From: Actinomycetes bacterium
GTDB lineage: Bacteria > Actinomycetota > CALGFH01
Reading direction: 5' to 3'
DNA length: 64,000 bases
NCBI GenBank assembly: GCA_036377075.1
Contig: DASUZB010000105.1
Location: 6,759 to 70,758, forward strand
The position numbers and the translations under genes are program-made. The notes below the pieces were generated by a model that made no database searches, was not told the DNA's origin, and saw only the letters and a list, made by a program, of their open reading frames with translations. Shown here piece after piece: positions 20,276 to 28,341 of the stretch (its first letter is position 1; every line of letters starts with the position of its first letter).

Positions 20276-23269
20276 TCACCCGGAGGGTGCTTGGTGGATC
20301 CCGTCCAGGCCGAGCCGGTGGGCGGTGGCCGCCGCCTCGACCCGGCTGTGGACGCCGAGCTTGGCCAGGATGTTGCTGACGTGGACGCTGGCCGTCTTGG
20401 GGCTGATGAACAGCTCGCCGGCGATCTGCGAGTTGGAGCGGCCGGCGGCGACCAGGCGCAGCACCTCGAGCTCGCGCGGGGTCAGCCCGGCGGTGCTCGG
20501 AGCGGCCTCCACGGCCTGGCCGAGCTGTAGGCGGGCGCGGCGGGCGAGCGCCTCGAGCGCGCCGCGTAGCGGCGCCGCCCCGAGCTGCCCGGCGCAGTCG
20601 TAGGCCGCCTTCGCCTCGGCCTCGGCCGCCTCGCGCCGCCCCTCCGCCAGCAACGCCCCAGCGAGCCGCCAGCGCGACCTGGCCTCCTCGTACTGGTAGC
20701 CGTAGCCGAAGGCGTCGACGGCGCGCGCCCAGCGCTCCGGCGCCGGGTTCCCCTGCAACCGCTCCCACTCCGCCTCGGCGCGGGCGAGCCAGGCCAGCGC
20801 CTCCGGGCCGACCTGGAGGCCGAGGCCGCGTGCGCGGTCGACGGCCGCCCGGGCACGCTCGAGCAACTGGCGGCCCGCCGTCAACGCCTCGCCCTCGGCG
20901 GCGGCGTCGCCGCCGGCCCTGGCGCGGTCGGACCGGTCGGCCTCGGCGGCCAAGCCGAGCGCGGCCGGCCAGATGACGCTCAGCACCCAGCTCTCGCCCT
21001 CCCGGTCCAGCATGGCCACGGTGGCCCGTGCCAGCTCGCTGGCCCGGTCGGGCTCACCCTGCCACAGGGCCAGGTCGACCTCGCAGCCGCCGGTCAGGAA
21101 GGCGACGTAGGTGTCCTGCTCGCGCAGCGGCCCGAGGCGGGCGAGACGCTCATTGGCGCTCCCGCGGCCGCGGCCGACCTCCACGTAGAGCGCGACCGCG
21201 GACAGGGCGGCCGCGGCCGGGCTGCGATCGTCGGGCGCCACCGCCAGGCGCTCGGCCTCGTCCCAGGCGCCGGCCGCGTAGAGCGCGATGATGCGCAGCA
21301 GCCGTGCCTCGATCCCGGACGGGCTCCAGGACAGGCCGGTCCGCTCGGCGAGCCCCACGGCCTCCCCCAGGGACGTCCCGGCCACGGGCAGGTTGCCGTC
21401 GTCCAGCTCGAGCCTGCCCAGGAAGCAGAGGGCCTCGAGCTGCCTGGGACGGTCCATGACGGCGGCGGCCCGTTCGCGGGCCTGGTCGACCAGGGCGCGG
21501 GCGCTGTCGAAGTCGTCGCGCCGCCGCGCCAGGATCACCTGGATGAGCAGGGCCTGCGCCTCGTCGGCGGCGCTGCCCGCCGCCCTGGCGACCGCCAGCG
21601 CCTCGTCGCACCAGTGGCTGGCCTCCTGGTCGCCGCGGAAGTACACCAGCGCCCGCGCGAGCCCGCCCGTGACCTGGGCGCGCAGCGGCGTCGGTGGCTC
21701 GGCCGGCACCAGCTCGACCGCCCGCCTCGCCGCGTCCAGCACCTCCGGGCTCTCCTCCACCTCCAGCAGGAACCAGGCGAGCCGCTCGTAGGCGACCGCC
21801 GCCCGCAGCGGCTCCGCCGCGGCGTCGATCGCGGCCACCGCGTCCCTCGCCAGGCTGGCGGCGTGCCTGGCCTCGCCCGAGTCGCTGGCCGCCTGCGCCG
21901 CCCGCAGGAGCAGCTCGGGGCGGTCGATGCCGGCGACGGCGGCGGCGTCCGGCACCCGGTCCCACAGCTCGATCGCCTGGGTCAGGTGGTGGTAGGCCTC
22001 GGCCGGGCCGAACACCTCGCGGGCATCGGCCGCCGCGCGGACCAGCGCGCCGAGCGCTCCGGGCAGGTCGTGGCTCGCCAGCGCGTGCCAGGCCAGCTCG
22101 GCCGCCGGGCCGCTCTCGGCCAGCACCCGCGCGTAGGTGGCGTGCAGCCGCGTCCGCTCCCCCGGCAGCAGGTCGCCGTAGACGACCTCCTGCAGCAGCG
22201 CGTGGCGGAAGCGGTAGCTCTCGCCCGCCGGGTCGACCACCAGCACCTGGTCGGCGATGGCCTCGCGCAGCCCCTGCTCCAGCTCCGCGTCCGGCAGGCC
22301 GGCGGCGGCGGTCAGCAGCCGGTGGTCGACCCGGCGGCCGGCGACGGCCGCCACCTTGAGCACGTCCTGGGCCAGGTCCGAGAGCGCCTCGACGCGGGCG
22401 AGCAGCACGTCGGCCAGGGCGACGGGCAGGGCGACGTCGGCACGGGCGGCGCCCGCGGCCAGCAGCTCCTCGGCGAAGAAGGCGTTGCCCTCCGAGCGCG
22501 CCAGGATGCGGTCGACGGCCTCGGGCGCCAGCCGCCCGCCGGTCAGCAGCTCCAGGTGCTCGGCCAGCTCGGCGCGGGTGAACGGGCGCAGCTCGATCCG
22601 CTCGATGTCGGGCACGCGCACCAGCTCGGCGAGCAGCGGCCGCAACGGGTGGCGACGGTGCAGCTCGTCCGAGCGGTAGCTGGCGACCACCGCGACGCGC
22701 CCGGTGCGCAGGGTACGGACCAGGAAGGTCAGCAGGTCGCGGGTCGAGCGATCGGCCCAGTGCAGGTCCTCGACGACGAGCAGCACCGGCGCCAGCTCCG
22801 AGAGGCCGACCAGCAGCGACAGCACCCCGTCGAAGAGCTGCACCCGCTCGAAGGCGTCGCTCGGCGGCAGGGCGCCGATCCCCTCCTCCGCCACCTTCGG
22901 CAGCAGCCGGCCCAGGCTCGGCACCGCCGCGACCATCGGGGCGGCCAGGTCGGCCTCGCCCGGCCGCCCACCGACGTCGCGGAAGGCGTCGACGAACGGC
23001 ACGTAGGGCAGGCCCACGTCGCCCGCCTCCATGCAGCCGCCGACCAGCGCCCGGACACCCTCGGCCTCGGCCCGGTCGGCCAGCTCGGTCAGCAGCCGCG
23101 TCTTGCCGACGCCGGCGTCCCCGGCCACCAGCCCGACCGCCGGCCGGCCCCGCTCGGCGCGGGCGAGCACGGCGACGAGCCGGTCGAGCTCATCGGCACG
23201 GCCGACGAACACCGCGCCCGCGCTGGTCCCCATGCCCGCCAGTATGGCCCCAGCCTGCGACGCCGGCAC
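20276..23269 (-). CDS. LAL-family (large ATP-binding LuxR) transcriptional regulator
   Basis: N-terminal AAA_16 Walker [11 protein letters not shown], a long TPR-like helical middle, and a C-terminal Lux[48 protein letters not shown]. Alternative start ATG at 23233. No receiver domain. Confidence 0.9.
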   Translation of the reverse strand: MPASQAGAILAGMGTSAGAVFVGRADELDRLVAVLARAERGRPAVGLVAGDAGVGKTRLLTELADRAEAEGVRALVGGCMEAGDVGLPYVPFVDAFRDVGGRPGEADLAAPMVAAVPSLGRLLPKVAEEGIGALPPSDAFERVQLFDGVLSLLVGLSELAPVLLVVEDLHWADRSTRDLLTFLVRTLRTGRVAVVASYRSDELHRRHPLRPLLAELVRVPDIERIELRPFTRAELAEHLELLTGGRLAPEAVDRILARSEGNAFFAEELLAAGAARADVALPVALADVLLARVEALSDLAQDVLKVAAVAGRRVDHRLLTAAAGLPDAELEQGLREAIADQVLVVDPAGESYRFRHALLQEVVYGDLLPGERTRLHATYARVLAESGPAAELAWHALASHDLPGALGALVRAAADAREVFGPAEAYHHLTQAIELWDRVPDAAAVAGIDRPELLLRAAQAASDSGEARHAASLARDAVAAIDAAAEPLRAAVAYERLAWFLLEVEESPEVLDAARRAVELVPAEPPTPLRAQVTGGLARALVYFRGDQEASHWCDEALAVARAAGSAADEAQALLIQVILARRRDDFDSARALVDQARERAAAVMDRPRQLEALCFLGRLELDDGNLPVAGTSLGEAVGLAERTGLSWSPSGIEARLLRIIALYAAGAWDEAERLAVAPDDRSPAAAALSAVALYVEVGRGRGSANERLARLGPLREQDTYVAFLTGGCEVDLALWQGEPDRASELARATVAMLDREGESWVLSVIWPAALGLAAEADRSDRARAGGDAAAEGEALTAGRQLLERARAAVDRARGLGLQVGPEALAWLARAEAEWERLQGNPAPERWARAVDAFGYGYQYEEARSRWRLAGALLAEGRREAAEAEAKAAYDCAGQLGAAPLRGALEALARRARLQLGQAVEAAPSTAGLTPRELEVLRLVAAGRSNSQIAGELFISPKTASVHVSNILAKLGVHSRVEAAATAHRLGLDGIHQAPSG

Positions 23270-23312
23270 CTCGATTGCCGGGGAGGCGGCGCCGGCCGCG
23301 TGCGGCTCGCGC

Positions 23313-24377
23313 CTACCCCGAGGGGAGCGGCATCCGCACGGTGATGGCGGTGCCGCCGCCTGGCTCGGAGCACACCTGCCAGGTGCCGCCGAGCATCTCC
23401 ACCCGCTGGCGCATGCCGACCAGGCCGAAGCGCCCGTCGCGTACGTACACGCCGATGTCGCCCTGGTCGAACCCCTTGCCGTCGTCGACGACGCGCAGCA
23501 GCAGCCCAGCCGAGTCGTCCTCGCACAGCCACGCCATCACGCACCCGGCGCTCGCGTGGCTGACGACGTTCGCGAGGGCCTCCTGCGCCACCCGGTACAG
23601 CACCGTCTCCACCTCCCTGGGGAGGCGGCCGGCCAGCCGTACGTGCAGGCTCACCGTCGCGCCGGTGTCGCGTTCGATCCCCGCGAGCAGCTCGTCCAAC
23701 GCCGCCGGCAGGCCACCGTCGTCCAGCACCGGCGGGCGCAGCCCGGAGACCAGCCGGCGCAGGCTCGCCAGCTCGCGCGCCAGGTCCGACTCGCAGCGGC
23801 GCAGCAGCTCCGCCACCGACTCCACCTCGCCCGCGGCCAGCCGCAGCCGGGCCTGGCCGAGCCGCAGGCCCAGCGCGGCCAGGTGCTGCAGGGAGTCGTC
23901 GTGCAGTTCGGCCGCGAGCTGTTCGCGCTCCCGCTCGGCTGCCTGCACGACCTCGTCGAGGAGCTTGTGACGCTCACCGTCCTCGTTGAGGATCCACGCC
24001 AGGCCGAGCAGCCGGCCGTGGTCGTCGCGGACCGGGCCGACCGCGGCGACCACCGGCTCCCACCGCTCACCGCGGCCACGCAGGGGCAGCTCGCACTCGA
24101 TCACCCGGCGCAGGGCGCGCATGCGCGCGAGCTGCGCGTGGAACGCCACCCGCTGGTCGGCCGGGAGGAGGACGGCGAGCGGCTGGTCCAGCAGCAGGCC
24201 GCGCGGCTGGCCGAACAGGACCGCGGCGGCATCGTTGGCGTCGCGGATCACCCCGTGCTCGTCGGTGAACAGGTACGCGTGCGGGACCTGGGGGAACGGT
24301 GGCGGCAGGTGGGCGTCACCGGGCCGGTCCGCGACCTCCTCGGCAACCACGGACGGCACCCCCGGGCGCGCACGCAT
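23313..24377 (-). CDS. soluble PAS-HisKA_3 sensor histidine kinase (NarL-partner type)
   Basis: RBS ggaggg precedes GTG 24380 / ATG 24377. HisKA_3 H-box AAELHDDSLQHL. HATPase motifs VAQEALANVVSHA and RFGLVGMRQRVEMLGG. No TM helices. Confidence 0.85.
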   Translation of the reverse strand: MRARPGVPSVVAEEVADRPGDAHLPPPFPQVPHAYLFTDEHGVIRDANDAAAVLFGQPRGLLLDQPLAVLLPADQRVAFHAQLARMRALRRVIECELPLRGRGERWEPVVAAVGPVRDDHGRLLGLAWILNEDGERHKLLDEVVQAAEREREQLAAELHDDSLQHLAALGLRLGQARLRLAAGEVESVAELLRRCESDLARELASLRRLVSGLRPPVLDDGGLPAALDELLAGIERDTGATVSLHVRLAGRLPREVETVLYRVAQEALANVVSHASAGCVMAWLCEDDSAGLLLRVVDDGKGFDQGDIGVYVRDGRFGLVGMRQRVEMLGGTWQVCSEPGGGTAITVRMPLPSG

Positions 24378-24564
24378 CACTCGACCCTCCGACGGCGATC
24401 GGACCCCCACGACCTGATGGCAAGCAGTAAACACCCGAGGGGCACTATCCAGCCATGCCTTCCTTACTGCCCTTGCCGCTCGAATGGCAAACCAAGACTG
24501 CGGGGGGCTCCGCCCCCCGCACACCCCCCGGAAACCCCCGGACGCGGGCACAACCGCTGCGTCC

Positions 24565-24648
24565 GAGGGTCACGCCTCGAAGATCACGACCCGGAGATCA
24601 CGACGCGGAGATCACGACCCGGAGATCACGCTCCGAGGGTCGTGGCGT
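24565..24648. repeat. tandem array of six 14-bp units (core GGAGATCACGACCC)
   Basis: Units start at 24565, 24579, 24593, 24607, 24621 and 24635. The four central units each carry GATCACG. The outer units are the degenerate GAGGGTC(a/g), each preceded by TCC. Confidence 0.85.
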
Positions 24649-24694
24649 GTAGTACGCTGCGCGTACTTCGCCGGATGAATTACTTTAGCCGGAT

Positions 24695-24723
24695 TTGACT
24701 AGATCTGCGTGCTTGGTAAGACT
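24695..24723 (+). promoter_or_regulatory. candidate sigma70-type promoter (TTGACT - 16 nt - TGgTAAGAC)
   Basis: It lies in a locally AT-rich stretch, about 115 nt upstream of the GTG at 24840. Assignment is by pattern only. Confidence 0.3.
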
Positions 24724-24839
24724 GTTCCTTCCCCGGAGTGCTCGAGGCAGGAGCCTGCCACGCCGCCCAGCGGCCACCGCTCAGCTCGCCGAGGTTCCAC
24801 ACCAGTGTGCTTGCACACCTCACAAGGAGGGCGTGTCAC

Positions 24840-25263
24840 GTGGAGCCGACCAGAAGCTGGAGTGAAGGGGCGACGATGCCGACCAGGGCCCGGCGGGTCG
24901 AGGCCGTCCGCACGGTGCCGTCGGCCCGCGGCGCGCGGACCGTCGTCACGGTACGGGCCCGGCTGGCCGCCGCGCGGCAGAAGCCGGGATTCCTGCGGCG
25001 CGCCGGCGCGGCCGCGGCGCTCGTCACGCTGCTCGCGCTCGGTGGCATGGCGCTGCTGTTGGGGCCGATCGCCGGCGCCGCCGGCGACTTTCTCCACGGT
25101 CGGTGACCAGTCGGCCACGTCCAACCTGGCCAGCGACCTCTCCGGCGACTCCAGCAGCGCCTTCGTCGACAGCGGCACCGCCGACTTCTCCGGCGCGATC
25201 AGCGACTTCGGCGGCGGCGGTGACTTCGGTGGTGGCGACTTCGGCGGTGGTGGCGACTTCTAG
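24840..25263 (+). pseudogene. small membrane-anchored protein with C-terminal (G)nDF repeats, split by a 1-nt frame change
   Basis: AAGGAGG lies 9 nt before the GTG at 24840. Frame A (Arg-rich N-terminus plus TM helix AAAALVTLLALGGMALLLGPIAG) stops at 25104-25106. The +1 frame continues with high GC3 to 25263 (STVGDQSATSNLASDLSGDSSSAFVDSGTADFSGAISDFGGGGDFGGGDFGGGGDF). Removing one T from TTT at 25089-25091 joins the two frames. Confidence 0.5.
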
Positions 25264-25373
25264 CAGCGCACGATGACGGCCTGAGGGATCCGGTGGTCCG
25301 GGAGCCAGCCCCGGACCACCGGATTCTCCGTGCGGCACGGGGCCGGACAGGCGGCTGGAACAATGGCTCGACG

Positions 25374-25478
25374 GACGACCTGGATACCCTGCCCGAGCCG
25401 GAGCTGCCGGCCTCGGCCCGCCGGGGTGACTCGGCGGCCTTCGAGCGGCTGGTGGCGCGCCACCACGGTCGGCTTCAG
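25374..25478 (+). pseudogene. remnant of an ECF/sigma-70 region-2 N-terminus
   Basis: DDLDTLPEPELPASARRGDSAAFERLVARHHGRLQ matches the typical ECF sigma N-terminus. The similarity then ends abruptly in all three frames. Confidence 0.35.
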
Positions 25479-25656
25479 CGCTCCGTTCGAGGCAGCCGGT
25501 CCAGCGGTCCTGTACCTGAAGAAGGTCCGCGGCTGACGTTGGCGACCCCGGTCTCGCGGGCGCGCAGGGTTTCCTGGGCGGTGAGCACCTGGTCCAGCCC
25601 GGCGCGCATGCAGGCGCGCTGCTCGGCGGTCAGGTGCCGGGCGAGCGTCACGTCGC

Positions 25657-27234
25657 CTACGCGACCTTGACGATGCTGGCGACCGAGGGGACGCCGCGCG
25701 AGTCCACCGCCACCAGGTAGTAGTAGCCGGGCGGGGTCAGGCTCGAGCTCACCGTCAGCGACCAGGTAGGTCCGTTCGGGGTGGTCGCCGCGGCCAGGGT
25801 GAAGTCGCCCTCGGCCGCGCCGTCCTGGTGGGTGGTGCTCGCCAGGCGGAACACCCGCACGCTCTTCAAGCTGGTGCCCGCCGCGAGCCGCACCCCGACG
25901 GTGAACGCCTGGTTGTGGGCGATCGTCGCCGGTGCCGAGGTGATCACCGGCCGGTCGGCCACGTCGACGTACCAGGGCTCGAACGTCTCCACCATCCGCT
26001 GCACGGTGCCGCGCTGCGGGTTCCCACCCAGCAGGATCGCGCGGCCGCTCGGGTCAACCCACATGTTGGAGTGGTACTGGTGGGCCGCCCAGGTGGGCGC
26101 CGACGCCGCGAAGTTGTTGCTGGCCGGCTGGTACAGCTTCGTCGTGTACACCGGCCTGCCCTGCGGGTCCTGCCCGCCGGCCAGCAGCACCCGCCCGTCG
26201 AACAGGGTCGCGTGCGACAGGTACCTCCTCCCCCCGCCCAGGGACGGCCCCGCCCGGTAGACGGGGTTGGGCGAGGAGTACAGGTCGATCAGGGCGGTCG
26301 TCGCGACCGTGCCGCCGCCGGCCACCATCACCTTGTGCCCCTGGGTGTTGGGCACGAAGAACGAAGCCCCCTGGTCACGCCGGTTGGTGTCCAACCCGCC
26401 CACCGCCTGGAAGCCGCCGGTCAGCGGCCGCAGGAAGCCGACCCGCTGCGCCGAGTCGCCGAGCCCGACCCCGGTGAAGAACAGCCGGCCACCGGCCGTC
26501 GGCAGCATCTGCGGGTAGGTCGGCACGGTGAACGTGTAGGGGACGGCGCTCCAGGTGCGCGTGCGGGGGTGGTAGACCTCCGGCTTGGTGTTGAGCTTGC
26601 CGACGTCGTCGAGCCCGGAGAGCACGAACACGTCGCCGTTGCTCAGCTCCGTCGCCGACGGGTACCAGCGGCCACGGGCCATCGAGGCGACGCGAACGAA
26701 CTGCCGGTTGACCCAGTCGTACTCGTAGCTCGTGCGCAGCCCGTAGAACGGGTCGTACTGCTTGGTGCCACCGGCCACCAGCACGTTGCCGTTGGGCAGC
26801 GACGCATGGCCGGCGCAGAACAGGTCGCCGGGAGTGGGCAGCTGGTAGGTGTTGCAGGTGTCCGGGAAGAACAGGTAGCTCTGGAAGCGCCCGGCACGGA
26901 ACTCCGTCGGGTTGTTGCCGGAGCCGGCCATCAGCAGCACCGAACCGTCGGGCAGCACCGAGGCGTGCACCGGGTTGAACCCCTCCGGCAGCTGGCAGGT
27001 CGTCCACCGCCCGGCCACCGTCCCGAGCACCGTCAGCCGCTGCCGCTGGGCCGGCGTCAGCGGCGCCACCGAGGTGTTCAGCGCGCCCCGCTCGGAGCCC
27101 TGCACCGCCGCGACCGTCTCGCGGGCGATCCGCTCGGCCTCGGTCTCACCCGCCTGACCGGCCGCCGGGGCCGGCAACGCCACCAACGCCACGCCCACTA
27201 CCAGCGCCATGCCAAGCAAAAACCGCACCTTCAC
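25657..27234 (-). CDS. secreted galactose oxidase/glyoxal oxidase-like radical copper oxidase (kelch propeller plus C-terminal Ig-like domain)
   Basis: Signal peptide present. Motifs: LFCAGH (Cys of the Cys-Tyr cofactor), RGRWYPS, HQYHSN, ASTTHQ. GTG at 27234, with an alternative ATG at 27210. Confidence 0.85.
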   Translation of the reverse strand: MKVRFLLGMALVVGVALVALPAPAAGQAGETEAERIARETVAAVQGSERGALNTSVAPLTPAQRQRLTVLGTVAGRWTTCQLPEGFNPVHASVLPDGSVLLMAGSGNNPTEFRAGRFQSYLFFPDTCNTYQLPTPGDLFCAGHASLPNGNVLVAGGTKQYDPFYGLRTSYEYDWVNRQFVRVASMARGRWYPSATELSNGDVFVLSGLDDVGKLNTKPEVYHPRTRTWSAVPYTFTVPTYPQMLPTAGGRLFFTGVGLGDSAQRVGFLRPLTGGFQAVGGLDTNRRDQGASFFVPNTQGHKVMVAGGGTVATTALIDLYSSPNPVYRAGPSLGGGRRYLSHATLFDGRVLLAGGQDPQGRPVYTTKLYQPASNNFAASAPTWAAHQYHSNMWVDPSGRAILLGGNPQRGTVQRMVETFEPWYVDVADRPVITSAPATIAHNQAFTVGVRLAAGTSLKSVRVFRLASTTHQDGAAEGDFTLAAATTPNGPTWSLTVSSSLTPPGYYYLVAVDSRGVPSVASIVKVA

Positions 27235-27615
27235 GAGCCCGCTCCATTTCGCGCACCCACCTGGGACCCACGCCCTGGAAAGACACGCAGAGCGGGGTGA
27301 CGTGGCAATAGTTTGCGCTTTGAGCAGGACCGTGGCAAGCCATGACAATTACGCGACGATTGAGGGTCCCGAGGTAATTGAGACGGCGGGCCAGGTCCTG
27401 GTACTCCGTCCCACCAAGCGGCCGCTCCGGCGCGACTTGCCTGCTCAGGAAGGTTGTCGCCGCGACTAGTAATAACTACGTACGGCGATACTCCATTGCG
27501 ACCTAGAACAAATTACTGAGACCATGGAAATGCGCGGGCTTTCTCACCGCGTCTGGTGCCGTTCGAGCGGAAATCATGGCGAGGTGGCTCGCATAAAGAT
27601 GCGATCCCAAGAGAA

Positions 27616-28281
27616 TTAAGAAAGGGACGCCTTGCCCGGCGCGGGCCGGCACCAGCCGCTGACGTGGGCGGGCACCGTAAGGCCGGGGGCCAGCTGCGGG
27701 TCAGGCTCGGGCGCGTCGGCCTCCAGGCCGAGGGGAAGCAGGCCGGCCCAGATCGGCAGCTCGTAGTCCTCCTCCTCGTCCTTCGCCGGGCCGGTGCGCA
27801 CCTTGGCGGAGACCTCGTCGAGCGGCAACGCCAGCACCACGGTGGCGGCCAGCTCGCGCTGGGAGGGGCCGCGGACCGCCGCGCTGCGGCCCGGGACGAT
27901 GTGGTCCACCAGGGCGCTCAGTACGGCCTCCTTCTCCGCCAGGTCCGTCACCAGCCGGGTGCGGCCGAGTACCACCACCGACCGGTAGTTCATGGAGTGG
28001 TGGAACGCGGACCTCGCCAGGACGATGCCGTCGAGCAGGGTCACGGTGACGCAGACGTCGGCGCCTGGGCGCAGGCCCAGGCGGCTGCCGGTGGAACCGT
28101 GGAGGTAGAGGGTCTCGCCGACGCGGGCGTAACCGGTCGGGATCACCTGGGGATGGCCGTCGACCACGAAGCCGACGTGGCAGACGAAGCCCTCGTCGAG
28201 GATGGCGTGCACGGTGTCGCGGTCGTACGAGGCCCGCTCGGGCAGGCGCCGCAGCGTGGTCCGCTCGGTGGGCGCGTACAT
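27616..28281 (-). CDS. pyridoxamine 5'-phosphate oxidase family (Pyridox_ox_2-like) flavoprotein
   Basis: Motifs: RASYDRDTVHAILDEGFVCHVGFV, LYLHGSTGSR, SAFHHSMNYRSVVV. Confidence 0.85.
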   Translation of the reverse strand: MYAPTERTTLRRLPERASYDRDTVHAILDEGFVCHVGFVVDGHPQVIPTGYARVGETLYLHGSTGSRLGLRPGADVCVTVTLLDGIVLARSAFHHSMNYRSVVVLGRTRLVTDLAEKEAVLSALVDHIVPGRSAAVRGPSQRELAATVVLALPLDEVSAKVRTGPAKDEEEDYELPIWAGLLPLGLEADAPEPDPQLAPGLTVPAHVSGWCRPAPGKASLS

Positions 28282-28341
28282 CGACGACCACCCTTCCCTT
28301 CCTGCCGCCGTCCGGCGCGGAATTTGTTACAGTACAAAATT

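Noticed and set aside
24500-24545. G-quadruplex or i-motif potential of the C/G runs (GGGGGG / CCCCCC blocks).
   Set aside because: Only three long runs lie on one strand, plus a GG. The first two runs pair with each other as an ordinary hairpin. There is insufficient evidence for a four-tract G4.
24565-24648. Possible CRISPR array.
   Set aside because: The units are only 14 bp and directly abut each other with no spacers. No cas genes are present in the window. It was classified as a tandem, operator-like repeat instead.
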